In this document: positions 38,465 through 52,396 of the stretch, piece by piece
How positions within the stretch are numbered: position 1 is the first letter of the stretch
How the letters are laid out: the number at the start of each line of letters is the position of its first letter
Origin: Styela clava
Taxonomy: Eukaryota
Direction: 5' to 3'
Length of the DNA stretch: 64,000 nucleotides
Assembly: GCF_964204865.1 (NCBI RefSeq)
Contig: NC_135255.1
Coordinates: 14,632,001-14,696,000, forward strand
Notes under the pieces: model-generated
The model's input: only the letters and a program-made list of their open reading frames with translations
Databases searched by the model: none
Told to the model about the DNA's origin: nothing
Position numbers and translations under genes: made by a program

Positions 38465-39007
38465 TATTTGTTTTCTGACTTTGGAAATTATTCATTGTCA
38501 ATCATGGGATTATAAAATTCGACTAATTATGGTTTTACAATTCCACGAGAATCGTAAATGGTCCAGCTATGTTGTATTTTCAGGGAGATCCACTTTAAAT
38601 CTTTTTTTTTCAAAAATTGATTGTGTACCTCATACGCCGGTGTGCCCAATGTATGGATCAGGAAGTGCTTTATGCTTCATCATTGCCTATAGACTATAGC
38701 AGGGCTACTCAACTATTTTCAACAAAGGTCCGTTTAGAAAACGAAAAAGAATTTGTTATAAAATTTTTTCGATGATTTATTCAAGTAAAACCAATCTCCA
38801 ATATGTTATTTGGAAATGTACAGTTAATTCTGTAAATTTTTCAGATCATGATTTTCTTGTAATGTGAATAGAATTTGTTCAAAAAATCGCAAAGTTCATT
38901 ACAACTTATTTGGTCATCACTACATTTTCTGTGAGAATGTAATAAACTGAATTATCTCTGTTCATTCCAAGAAGTTTGATGTTTTCATTCCAAGTGACCT
39001 TATTAAG

Positions 39008-39810
39008 CAGCGGTTCCCAAACTATGGGAGCGACCCACCGGTGGGTTGCAAAAGGAATCTTAGTGGGTCGTGAAAAGATGTAGGAAGCTTTGGTTAAATA
39101 TACTGGTTATTATGATCGATGGCGACTTGAATACGTAAATCTTCAAAAAAAACAAAAGAAATTAAATTGAATTTAAATTATAATCTGTGAAAGTTTCCTT
39201 TTTACGATCTTCTCAAAAGAACAAAAATTTGCTGCACAAAGAATGACCATGTGGATTTTTTACGCATAGCAGTTTTGTACACTGTACAGCACTCTTACCG
39301 TGTTTCCCCGAAATTCAGACAGGATTTAGATATATTTTCTTTTGAAGAATAACACTATGTTTTTTTTGGAAGAGATCTTTTATATTCATTTATCAAAAAT
39401 AAAATTACATTGTAGAAAATCACAAGATTTTCTACTAAACATTATATGAAAACCGACATCCATTGTTTTTATTTGTATTTCCTATACAAAAATCAAGTGA
39501 CAAATATCATAATTGTGATATCACATAATCTTGAATAGTGGTGTGACCTTCACCTTACCTCAGGCCAATGAACTTTTTTTCCCCCACACATTGGTGTGGT
39601 TTAATTAAAATCATTTTGAAAATTCAAATTATTATCTTATTTTCAGGCCAGGTCTTCATTTCAAGGAAACACGGTAGTTTGTGATGATTAGCCATTGCTT
39701 TGTTCTGTGTTATGTCATAAAAAAACAAAATTAAATTAAAGTTAAGTGGGTCGCCATAAGCTGTGGTAATAAATAGTGGGTCCCAACTCTAAAAAGTTTG
39801 GGAACCACTG
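39008..39810. mobile_element. hAT-type MITE with nested pogo-like MITE (~39298-39674)
   Basis: Outer TIRs CAGCGGTTCCCAAACT / AGTTTGGGAACCACTG. Inner element TA|CCGTGTTTCCCCGAAA ... TTTCAAGGAAACACGG|TA. Confidence 0.8.
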
Positions 39811-40295
39811 ACATAGAGCGTTTTTCAGTTCATTTTGGATTAGTTCAATTTCCAAAAATTTCTATCATTCTGCAATTCTGTCCTGTTTGATGATACAACA
39901 CTGCCATAGTAATGCATCTCCATCTCAAATATCATTATTTAAGCATATTTGATCAGGTCCAGGGTGACCCAAAAACAGAACCCATGAATATTGTAACTAC
40001 CGTATACTTCGAAAATAGAGAAAATTTATTTAATATGATTGTAACTATAAGTTTCAGTAATCTTGTATGCTTTGCACAAAAGTTATGCTCTATCTAAAAT
40101 ATGTTCCAAATGGCCGAGGTTCTGTTTTTTGGGACCTGTACCATCGCAGCTCAATTCATTAGGCATTATTACATTCATACCAAGAAACGTTGCACCGTTT
40201 ATTTTTTGAGGTTTTCTAATATTTGATATTGTTTATTTCTAGTCTTTGGACTAATGTATTTTGATGATTGCTTTGTGACATAGAAATAAACAAAT

Positions 40296-43200
40296 ATGAA
40301 TTTGAACAACAATTCAGAGTTCAAAGATTTGGAGAAATTTTTGGCAAAAGTTGATGATGTGGGTGAGTTGTTGGTCTCTGTCTTGCCTTACATAGAAGTC
40401 GGGTAATTTGATAAGTTATCGTTAATAAACTGGATGCGTATGCTATATCCTAGTAACTGTGTGCGTGCAAGGGGATGATTACTTGTCTAGATGTTGGTAT
40501 AAAGCCGTGAAACAGTACAAAATATTCAAGTTATCTCCTATTTTCAGAAAGTATTGTCAAAGGCTTCACATCAAAAGATGCAGATAAACAAAGTAATGCA
40601 ATGACGAAAGCAGATGAACTTTTGAACAAAGAATCTTCAACAGGATTCAACAAAACCATCATCAATAAGGATGCGTATAAAAATGAACATCCGGTATGTT
40701 GGACAAAACTATAAGATGTTTTATAGTACTGAATGTTAGAACCCACTAATTTGCATTACCTATATTCGTATCCCTCGAAGATTTGCAGATTGAAATTTTT
40801 TGTTGGATGAATTATGTGAGACTAGCAAAATTTATGCGTGATGGTTTATGCGCGTTGATTTTTTTTTTTTGCAAAAAATCTTTGAGCAAACCAATTCTGC
40901 TGCAAATCCCCATTTTCTACAGACACTCAAACCAATTTGCCTGATATTTTTATTTATCCTAACCCATAACAACATGTCAACAAATTTTGTCTGCTAACAA
41001 GTGCTATGCGTAATATCAACCATTTTCCAAAAAAGTTCTCTTTTGAAACTGCCCTTGGTTTATGTAACTGCTGGTCTTTGAGGGCTTCATTCAGTGTTCT
41101 GTGTCCATGACGATGCATCTGTAAGAACTAACAGGTCGATTACGCTACCGACATGCATAGGTATTTTTCGTTCATGTCATTTGGGTATGCTTTTTTGTTG
41201 CCTTCCTTTACCTCTACGAAAAAATATGAAATTGCCATCCATCTGCTGATAGGTTGTGATTATTTTCAATAATGTTTACTTATGGACATGGTAAAATTAT
41301 TGTTCACATTTTTGTGTTTATCAGAATGGAGGAATACATGCAGGACCAACCATGTCTCAGGACCAATTCCTCAACGCTTTGGAAGCTGATGCAAATACGA
41401 GAGCACAAGCTAGAAGAGAGAGGCATAAGAAAGCGAATGAAATAAAAATGAAGGCAAATGATGCTTTCAAAAATGAAGAATACAAAACCGCACTATCATT
41501 GTATAGTGAAGCTATAACCGTTGCAAAGGATCTTACTCCGTTATATACAAATCGTGCGATGACTCATATCAAACTTCAACAATATGATGAGTCGATAGCT
41601 GACTGCGAAATGGCTCTTCGGGTTAGTATAATTAAGTGTTTTTCAAAAAGATTTACTTCTAAGAAAAAGATTTTTTAATGTTTCATAATTTTCGAAATAC
41701 ATTTTCTCGTACTTTTTTTATACAAGGCTTTTTCACATCTTTCGCTCTGAACAAGGCTTGAACAAGCAGCCAATGATATCTAACAATATGTAAGAAGCAT
41801 TATTTGGGAGGTGTCTCACAGTGGCATATCTTCATTTATTTATTATTTCCCGAGTGTAGGAGGGAGGGGGGGGGGGATATGTGATTTGAAGTCTGATGCA
41901 TAGTTAATCATAATGCTTTACACTAGTCCAGTGGTTCCCAACCAACCACCTATTTTGAAACTCTTTATTTCTCCCTCACTTTGCATAAAAACTTCAATCT
42001 TCAGAGTATTGGATTCTGCCGTTGTCCTGCCTTTGTACAATTCAAGTAGTTTATAATCTGTGTATAAATAAGTATTATAGTGATAATGAAGAACTAAAGA
42101 ATATTAGTGATACTACAGCAAATATTAAGCGGAATCCCTCCCCAAGAATAACAAAATTCTTTCATGACGAGGAATTCCCATCGGATTGGAAAGCGCTGCA
42201 CTAGGCCATTGCGTCGCCGGTAAATGTTGAAACCTTACTTTACGAATTACACTGTCGTAACTGGTATCAAGTTTACCACTTTGCAAATTATTTTTTGTTA
42301 TCTGCCCATTTAATCCTCAGTAATGATAACATCAAATTTTAATAGGTGGAATCAACCTGGATCAAGGCCTATGTTGTCAAAGGAAATGCATTAAAATTGC
42401 AAAAGAAATATCCGGAAGCAATCGAAACGTATAAAGAAATACTAACGCATAATAAAGACAAAATGAAATTGGTTCAAGGTAATGAAATAAAAAAATTAAT
42501 ATCATGCATTATTTAAATTATATTCATTAAAATTGCATTAATAATATATCAACTGGGGAATCATCATTTATCGTACATAATTTATTATGTTTTCATCTCA
42601 CTTTTTCTTCGGTTTAAATTGCTGTTTTCTTGCGCTCTGAATCATTTGGTAGAGTTGTGTTGTTCCAGGGGGAAGGCTGTAAGACATTGTTTTGATAAAG
42701 ATGAATCGTTTCGAAGTTATAGAATCTGATGAAGGTGGGATTTTGGAAAAAATATAAATTTGATCAAAATTCCAAAGAATGGCTTTCGAAGAAATTAACT
42801 CCAGTAAAGTTTGTCATTAATGTGTCATTCTGTGATATAGAATTTTAGTAAAATTTGGCAAATTGTAATATTACTGAATAGGGAACCAAAATGAAATAAC
42901 CTGTTCATACCCAGCATATCATCTGTTCGAATATGGCACTCTCAAAAATGGTTAAGCTCTTTTTTCGATCGAATTTTAAGGTTGGGAAAAATTATATTTC
43001 GTCCCATTCTTGGATGTATTTCTTACTTTTTTTTTCCAGATTATGTCAGTCAAGCTGAGGAAGAGCAAAGGGTTGAAGAACTAGAACAAAAAGCAAAGAA
43101 GAGCATCGAAGAAAATGTTCCGGCTGCTGAAGGTGTTGCCAAGTTAATTCATACCATTGGTACAAGGCTTGAAATCAAACATGAGTCTGAAGAAAATATG

Positions 43201-46200
43201 TTTAGATATTATGCTGGAGGTTTCAGAATGTTGTCTGCACAGTTAAAAGATGGTGAGATGTTCTTTAAGTTTGTTTATTTGGTTATTTTTTATTCAACAT
43301 TTTTTTTTATTTGGGTTGACTATCAAGAAATTAAAGACTATTTGTTGCTAAGATTTATATATTTATCCTGACGGAGAGGAAAGTCAATAAGACGACTTAC
43401 TGGGTTTTGTCAACCAGTTACCTGTTTTAGATGCATGGACTTGATGGTGGAGAAGGCCGTAACCGACCAGCGGCCATGTGAACCATTCTGTGGCGACTGT
43501 GAGTCCAGCAATCTTTTCTTACATAATTATCCTGCACAGGATTCGAACCTGGGAACTTTGCTTTTGTACAGTTTAGGTAGTTGCGATGATTTGTGCATAA
43601 ATAAGTTATTAGCAAATACAAAGCAAAATTTCACTTCCCGAATAACAAAAATCCAATCTACGGGAGAAATACTCCCTGGTTGGAAAACTTTATTTTATAG
43701 CAGTGGTTCTCAACCAGGAGTCCGCGGACCCCCGGTGGTCCGCAAAGCATTTCCAGGAGGTCCGCGATCAAATTAAGATTTTAGGAAATTATTTGCAGTT
43801 TAATAACATTTTTTTTTTGTAATTCGCTCGAACAATTGCTGCCTATGACAATGTGACAATAGACTACAAAAGCTATTTTGATTTATCTCCCATAAACCTT
43901 TTGTCACAAATACGAGTTATGACATCACAATGATAAATACGAGAACGCAGCTACAGTGATTTCAAGGGCATGTGGTCACTGGTCACGTTCTCATTTGAAT
44001 CGAAGTAGCTAGTTGTCTCTACAGCCAGTGTGTAACAAAGGAGATTGTGTTGCTTTCTAAAACCTAACCAGCATGGCTAAATCAAAAAAGTACTCGGAAA
44101 GTTATCTTGAAATGGTGTGTCCTCAGTGTCAGAGGGTGGCAAGGAAAAACCGCAATGCCTTTTATGTTGTGTTATACTCAGCACCTTTCTCACAAATCAC
44201 TTTCTCGGTTTTGGTGCGCCATTTTGCTGTCTTACCCAAAAGTCTCAATGGAAGCATTACGTGTTATTGTTTCATTCGCCTCCACTTACCTTTGTGAAAA
44301 TGGATTTTCTGCTCTCGTTCATATCAAATCCAAGGCTCGTAACCAACTAAACGTCGAAGACGATATGCGTCTATCGTTATCAAAACACGACCACATATTT
44401 CAAGACTTGCTTCTGATATGCAACAGCAGAAATCCCATTGAGTGTAATCGATTTGACAAAATAAATAAAATGTCCGCTAGTTTGGTGTAATTTTTGACTT
44501 GGTTGAATCTGTATGGAACATTAGGTTGCTGTTTAAGCTATAAACTAAATTTCAAATAAAAAAAACTTTTGAGGGGTTCGCGACTGCTTTGAGAGCACCA
44601 GAACGGTCCGCAAAGACAAAAAGGTTGAGAACCACAGCTTTATAAGATGTTTATAGGTGACATTAATTCCACTTTGTGCAAGTTTTGAGTAATTTTAATC
44701 ATATTTGACTTGCTTGAAACTAGGCTTCGAACAACTTTTTATTGAATGAGTTATTATGTTTCAAAATATTTTACTATTTTGTTTTATAAATTTCAGATAA
44801 CTCCAGGACGATATTCCGGACAGAAGGTGGATTCAAGATACTTGCAGCAAAACCATATTTGCGAAAAACACTCCTGGGGAAAGCTTTCGCTTACGGTCAA
44901 CAATCTGATTTTGCGTGTTCTGTACTTCACACAATACAATCTGCATGTTCAAAATGCCCAGAGAATACAACTGCATTTCTTCAAGAACAATTAATGTCCG
45001 AGGTAAGGTGTTGATGACTGAATTTTCAGATAAATGGAGAAGTTTTATAATAGACTTAAATTCAGATAATTGTGATTATTGCTTTTGTGATATTAATTTA
45101 ATCTATGTGTTACAATTTTCGTTTGTTTTCCAATTTCTGACAACAAACAAATGAGTTAATCATGCAAAGACTAATTTTTCTTGTGACTGATACAGATGGC
45201 AGAATTTAGAGAATCTTTGAAAATTCGTTTTTATCCCCAATGTTCTTCTAAAAATCTAAAATGTAGTCAATATGGTCATCGATTATCTGTCCTGGTCCAT
45301 GAACGGCTACAGTTTTATTTAGGTTATAGATAATCAGCAATCATTTTTTTTTAGTTTTATTTTATGCTTTAGTCAATAGAAATCCAATTATCGAATCATC
45401 AGTGTTAAGTGTATATGTTTCTCAGAAATAATATATTAACAAAGTTTGTATCAATAAAATTGAGACATATTTCACCATGGAATCCACCAAGCTGAAACAT
45501 GACCTTGACATGGACTGGTAACTGGACGAGAGGCCGTGGTTTCCCATAATTTTTAGGTCTCATTGATTTTCATCTCCTTCGAGATAAATGTGAAAATCCT
45601 TATTTCTCTAGTCTCTAAATTTTTTTCTTTTTGTCTATAGATGATGATGAACTTGATGGAAAGTGACGACAAGCAGGTGAAACGTGCAGCTATATGTTGT
45701 TTCATCGAGTTTGCATCAAATGATAAAATGATCGACACTGTGTTGGATATCTTCAAAGCTACCTGGTAATTTCTTTTATAATGTTTCTCAGACACAAATG
45801 GGTCGTTTTGTCACTTCATATTTTTCTTCTCATTGCTGTGTAAAATTGCTTTTCTCTATTTAACTTTGACATTTTCAGTGGTTAAAGATTGTTGTTGTCG
45901 CTAAAAGTCTTATTTACTTTCTGTGGACACTATAACCTCTATGAATTTCATTTTGATGAGTCGATGACACCATCAAAATAAAAAATTGTCGTGGTTTTGT
46001 GATTGTGAGTGCATTTCAAGAATATCAGGCTGAAGACTACCGGTACTGTAAGATTTGATGCTACTCTGTTTTGGTCGCATATATTTGAGCATCTCTCTCT
46101 TGTTTTGATTGGAATCAATTTTAGAGTAATAATATTCTAACTAGTTTGGCTACTTTTCAGGTTAACAGCAAATCTTCTAAGCAAAGACACAACCAAGTTG

Positions 46201-49200
46201 AAGTTATTAGATGAAGGGATTTTGTGCCTAAATCGATATTCTGAGAATAAAAGGTTGCTTTGCTAGTTTTATTTTTTTATCACTTGTATTCATATTTCGT
46301 GTTCATGATTTTTTCGACATTGCTTTTTTGTAAAAAGTTCTTACGTCTGTGAAAAATTCGCTCATTCCTACAACTAATATATTTTAAAATTTGAGTACTT
46401 GAAAGATAGGAAAAGATACTAAAAGGCTATTACTATTTCTTTTCTATGAATTTTATGGAGCCCGATGTATAATTCATGGGTTTACTTTCATATTACCATA
46501 TATTTGAAACAATTGCTTATGACGTTGAGTCATTTCTTCTATTATTTTACTGACATTGAGGTGGCCATATTAAAACATCATGTCCATATACCGTATTTTA
46601 TGTACCATAAGGCGAACCAATTTATAAGGCGCACTGTGGATAAATTGCATAGATTGGGTTTTTATAAGGTGCATCGGGTTTAAGTGTACACAATAAGGCA
46701 TGAAGCACTACCTGATACACACATTAGGCGCACCGGCTTATAAGGTACACAATTGATTTTTAAGAAAAAGGGGATTTAAAGCGCGTCTTATGGTCCGTTA
46801 AATACAGTATTCGGACACTGGCTCTCTCGTTTTTAATGAATTTTGTAAAAAAATTTCAGCTTTTATACTGAATAATACTCAATATCATTTCCAATGTTCA
46901 CTTACAGGTTTCGACAAGATGTTGTGCCAGAATTCGATGCATTGGTGCTTCAAGTTTTCAAAAAGTTTATTGTAAGTTAATACGACTCTATTATACCATC
47001 ATTTAAATAAATTAACAATTTGGACTTTATAATTAAGTTTTTTCACGAATTATTTCACTGATTATAGCACTATTTTGAATCAAGTATTATTTGCTTCATG
47101 GTATTCTACGTAAATCACGAAATGGTAATGATAATTTGATTTAACTAAATTCTTCGAACATACATGTGATGTGGTCATATTACAGGCATTCAAATTATTA
47201 TAATAATAGCATAATTTCGGATTTCAATGAATATATCTCCAAAATACTGTGAACTTTTTATTTTACTCTCAAATTTTTCGCTCTCTTATAAATAAGAGAC
47301 AACATGAAGTCTGAAGATAATACATTTATTTCAACAGGATGAAATAGCTCATAATCAAAGGAAAGAAATACCAAAATGTATTCAATGTTTATGTACGTTT
47401 GCAAAAAATAAAATGATATGTCAACAAGTATCATCTAATGATGCTTTCTGGGAAAGTCTACTTTCATGTATTGTAAGTGTATTTGATTATTCCTTATCAG
47501 TAAGATGTCATTGGTACATTACGAAAAAAAAAATTTTGTTTAAGTCACTTTTTGTAGTATAATGAAATATTTACATATCAACTCAGAAACTTACAAATAT
47601 AAACATAATATTACATATCAGTTTTTGTCAAATTTAGTGATTTTATTAGAAACTAATTTAATTATGTGGAAATTTTTGCACGAAACGGTTTATTTTTACG
47701 AGGTGGAGATATGTCATACAACTGGGTCTGACAAGACAAGTCCTGCTCGTTCCTGTTATAATTTTTATCAGTTATGTGGATGCACTATATTTTGAGATCG
47801 TTGCATAGCATTATTGCTGCCGATTTTAATTGTTACTGTCAATCTCTTTATAAATATGTTATTATGTGTAATATAAAACATAGGAACTTTTGCAACATCA
47901 TGGTTGTACTTTCTTGCATATATGTTTTTTAATATTATATTTCTTACCATTACGAGACGAATAAACATACATAATATACGTCAAACATATTTGAGATCAT
48001 TTGTAGAATAAGTCATTTCTCTTTTTGTTTTTATAGGATCGATGTATACATGTTATGGAACCCAGTTCATACAGAGATGATATTCTATCAAAAATGATGG
48101 ATATTACAGAGATGCTATTGCTTCATTCCAATGATTCTACAAGTAAAATTTCACCAAGATTAGCAGTTTGTATTCAACCTCTCCTCAATCATGGAAAAGA
48201 ACATCTTGTAGTGGTAATGCTTATCTTTCTCTTATTTCTGAAATTTTAGTTCAAACTTGAGCTGTATTTGAAACCACATTTAATAACTTTCAAAGTAATG
48301 TATTTGAGTAAAACTCATAAATTTGTGACACAAAAAAGAACTGTTTAGAGATGCACTTATAGATTTTTTGTCTCTCGTTTCCACATCTTGACCCTATAAC
48401 AATCTCATCGACAAGAAGCCTTTAATTAACAAGGAGCAACTAATTATGAAGCATCGTGCTTGTCTGGTTTCAAGCTTGAATTTTGTGTGGGATAATTATT
48501 TGCAAGAGGATTGCTGGACTCACAGTTGTGGGTGGTTCACATAACCGCTGTTTGTTTGCGTCTTCCTCCACCATCCTTTCCTTTCCCTCAGACATGAAAA
48601 TCCGAGATCATATCTCATAGATAGCCAACTTCATGAAAAACCAAGTTGAAAATAGCATGGTTTAGGTGGAATTGATGGGCCACGTTGGACATTTCCTTCA
48701 ATGACTTTTTCATACTTTTTTTTGGTTTTTTTTTTGGTATTCGTCCACAATTGATTTATAATAATATTCAGAAAACCATGACTGTTATTACGAGATGTTT
48801 GGAACGTTCAAAGGAAGCTGTGAAAAGTTTTCAGTCGTCTTCTGGATTGGTCTTCATTAAAAAGATTTACAAATCTATGAAGGTAAAAAGGTTTCACAGT
48901 TATTGAACATGACCTATGGATGGATTTGTTGTGTTGTTGTTGAGTTTTTCTTCTCTTCCTTGTTGTTATTGTGGAAAAACCAACTACATTTTTTCAACTA
49001 CTGGGCGAATGGTTTAAAATTTTCAATGGTCAGGTTGTTGTTGTTGCTAGCTGTTTTCAGGATACTAATTTTATCTATTTTGAAAATATTTGTGGGCTCT
49101 ATGACATGAAAAAAAAATTTAAAGTGCACCTTCTGTCCTGTGAAATACAGTGCTTGAAAATTTATTGATTGATTTGCATCTAATTAAATTGACTTTACTT

Positions 49201-50911
49201 ATCTTTTCATCTGTTGCAGAGTGAAGACATTATTATGAGAACATATGCATTGAAGATCATGTGTCACTGTGGACAGACTGATCCCACTCTCCTCAAAAAT
49301 GTACCAAAATTTGATAAAAGTATGTTTATTGATGTTTTTGCTTCTATTTTCACTTACCGTATATATGTGTATAAACAAAATTAAAAATTATATATTTATG
49401 TTTTATCAGGATATAATGCCATCAGAAAAATTCTGAGTTTGGAAGAAAATGAAGCTGATGTCATGAATCAGGGAATGGCTGCACTTTTATTAGGATGTTT
49501 GTCACAGGTAGGGTATATTGACTATAGCTGAATAAAAAGTTTGTTATATATACCATATTTTATGGAACATTAGGAGCGCTGTTAATAAATTGCTTAGATT
49601 GGGTTTTTATTCATACATAACGGCACACCGGGCTATAAGACGCAGCAGTTTTTAAGAGGTTATATACGGCGGTGTGTATGTTAAACAATAGGAGCAGTAC
49701 TGGTTTTGAATGTAGGCAATAAGGCATATAGCACTAGCTTATCCAGACGTTAGGCACACCAGCTTATAAAGCACTCGATTAACTTTTGTCAAAAAAATAG
49801 GGTTTAATATCTGATATTCTGATATCAGAATCCATATCTGATTTCAGAACATTGTTTTCATCGCTGAGTTTTTTCAGCTTGTCCGCTTCGTTAGTTTTCT
49901 ATTTGAATGTCAGCAAGCAGATCAAAACTGGAAATGAACAACACAGACGAACCAATGACATTTCTGTTTTTATTGTTTTAGATGTGATCGACCGGAAAAT
50001 ATATTGATTTATGTCACTTTCCACTTCAACTTGCCCCCATTTAGAATGTATTCCATATTCAAAATTATTTTCTCACAATGTATTCGGAATAGTGAAATAT
50101 TTGGTTTTGGGCCGACCCTGCTTCCAGCCTAAGCAAACACTGCCATAGCTAAAGCGAATTTTCAGCAAATGAGGTTACCATTAACTTTAATCGTAGCTTG
50201 TAATCAGTATATCTGATCTTGAAATCTAATTTTAAATCGATAGTTACCTGGTGGAATGGATCCTTTGGTTGATTACAAAGAGGAAGCCTCCAATGTTGTT
50301 AAACACATGTTGGAATTGTGCAGATATTCAAAAAATAACAATACAAGATACAACTGTGTCATTGCTCTCGGAAAAATGGCAAGCAATGATGGAAGGTATG
50401 GCTACAAACAAGTAGAGGAAACAATAATTTTATTTTGTGTAGTTCTCTTTAATAATGTATACATGGGAAGAAGTTTAGGTCATGGGATCAACTGATAGAT
50501 TTTTTTGATTTGGTCAATGTTTTTTCTCTGTTCATAAACCCTACCTCTGCATACTAGTTTTATTAGGTGTAATCATCATTATTGGGATTAAAGCTAGTTC
50601 ATGCATCTGAAACAAATTACTGGCTAACTAATTCAATACCTGTCATGGACTGGTAACTGGGAGAGAGGCATTGGTTTGCCATATCATTAAGCCATCCTAT
50701 TACCTTTCCTCTCCCCCGGTTTTAATATGTAAATCCTATCCTATTCAAGACTTGTAAATGGTATCAACTTGATTGAATTATGTACACTTGTGATAAGTTG
50801 AACTAAATTATTGAAGTTAATATCTGAACTTTGTTTTACAGGATACTTGGGGAAGTTCGAAGATTTGATGGAATCAACATATTGTCCAAAAATAAGCCAC
50901 CCCATGTTTAG
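40296..50911 (+). CDS. TTC12: Tetratricopeptide repeat protein 12 (TPR + armadillo-like; axonemal dynein assembly), ~16 exons
   Basis: Exons start near 40296, 40548, 41325, 42346, 43040, 44797, 45641, 46161, 46909, 47338, 48037, 48772, 49220, 49410, 50244 and 50842. They give KDLEKFLAKVDDV, QFLNALEADANTRAQARRE, a TPR (KMKANDAFKNEEYKTALSLYSEAI...LYTNRAMTHIKLQQYDESIADCEMAL), RTIFRTEGG and NCVIALGKMASNDGR...VRRFDGINIL, matching the TTC12 layout. Confidence 0.88.
43370..43555 (-). mobile_element. tRNA-derived SINE copy (family also at ~45500-45610, 48480-48600, 50600-50745, 54085-54345, 59275-59390)
   Basis: Minus strand contains the B-box GGTTCGAATCC followed by the family body GATTGCTGGACTC...GGTTCACATGGCCGCTGGTCGGTTACGGCC...CCACCATCAAGTCCATGCATCT. 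Confidence 0.7.
43701..44637 (+). mobile_element. Internally deleted hAT (Buster/Charlie-type) transposon in TTC12 intron
   Basis: TIRs CAGTGGTTCTCAACC / GGTTGAGAACCACAG with degenerate 8-bp TSD TTTTATAG/CTTTATAA. It retains the transposase N-terminus (KKYSESYLE, EKPQCLLCCVIL, BED-finger start) fused to the hATC C-terminus (FWCAILLSYPKVSMEAL...FASTYLCENGFSALVHIKSKARNQLNVEDDMRLSLS). Confidence 0.9.
46591..46807. mobile_element. pogo-like MITE (second family), TA-flanked; decayed copy ~49552-49800
   Basis: TA|CCGTATTTTATGTACCATAAGGCG ... GCGTCTTATGGTCCGTTAAAATACAG|TA with internal TAAGGCGCAC repeats. Confidence 0.65.
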
Positions 50912-52396
50912 TGATTTTTGATATTGTGTGTTATTAATTTTTTACTTCAAATATTTATTTTAGTACAATGTTTTGTGTAGTGTTTTTTAGTTTTATACTT
51001 GTGTACGTTTGGTACTTAATATTTGTGATGTAGTGTCACTGTATAATTCTGTATTTAAAATCAAATTGTTCCACAAAATATAGATTCTATTTCAGTTTCT
51101 ACATCAATGTTCAGACGTTGGTATTGGTTTGATAGAGGAACAGGGTAGATAAATTTTATGAATCATTCGTGTTGCTTCGCAGAGGCCTGAGTGCATGACC
51201 TTAACCTCGTCCATCATATTTATGTTGTTGTGTTGTATATGAAACATGATCCTTCCTCGTTGGTTGGGCACAGAAATTGGCACGGCATTGGATGGGGGTT
51301 CGTCAAAACTAAGATTCACAAATCAGGATGCGCGGTGCAAAAAGTTCGAGAAACTCTGCGTTAGAGCAACGATTCCCAATTGAGGAGGAATTTTGATTTT
51401 CTATATTAAATTGTATTTGGTGTAGTTTAACAAATATTATTTAGTATTATTGTGATACGTACTCATGGATATTTTATAAAACTAAGCAAACTGTGCAAAA
51501 GCCAGAGCACAGACTAACTAGCTAAAGATTGAACAAATACAAATGAAGAGATCGAAAAAAAAAAAAATTATTGAAAAAGGTTGGGAACCACTGCACTATG
51601 ACAGTTCAGTTTTGGTATTAAGTGAGCCAGTCTCACCTAAACTTATCCTACCTTACGATTCTCTCATTCAAATTTGTTCGTAATTCTAAATAAGGCCATT
51701 ATGGTGGAATGATAAACAAGAGTCAGTTACTCAAGTGAGCACCTCAAGCTCCACAAAGTTTTCATGGCGCTCCCGAAGTCTGCGCATCAAAAGAGTGCAC
51801 AACCTGAACGATGCCTGGTACACATACTATGTTCAGGAAGTGCGCCATCTTGGTGCACATACTTCTGGAGGTTCGTTAGTTGCAAACGAAAATCTTGAAT
51901 CTCGGTGAACATGTGCCGATACATTTCTTAGACTGACAGGAATTCAGCTCTCATAGCCCAAGATCAAAAGGAAATTGTCGAATGTTCTATGTCCTAAATT
52001 GTTTTGACGAGCAGGTGAGTAGCAACTATTAGTTAAACCATGTCGCTGATGCCAACAAACAGTCAGAGCTACACGCACAGATTCAAATAAATGTTCTCTA
52101 ATACAACAAGAAGCAAATCTTGCAGTGTGAGGAATCGTTGCCAAGTAATCCACTAATGGTAATCTCGTATTTGACCGACAGACACACAATGCAGAAATTC
52201 CTGATTTTATTACCAACAATATAAAAATACATTACAAGAATGATTTATAAAGACACTATAGGTCCCACCAACTAGTCCAAAAGAATTTTGCTAGTAACTG
52301 ACTAATGTTTAGAAACATTGAGTGTAACTGCACAATTCTTAGAAACGTTTATATGAATTACTGAAAAATAAACAATAATGCTTTAAAACTTTCAAA

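Noticed and set aside
41100-41250. Possible intronic C/D snoRNA in TTC12 (ATGACGA ... CTGA)
   Set aside because: Imperfect C box, no convincing terminal stem, and no rRNA-complementary guide that I could identify.
43535-43555. tRNA gene suggested by GGTTCGAATCC B-box
   Set aside because: No cloverleaf; it is the head of a dispersed SINE whose body recurs many times in the window.
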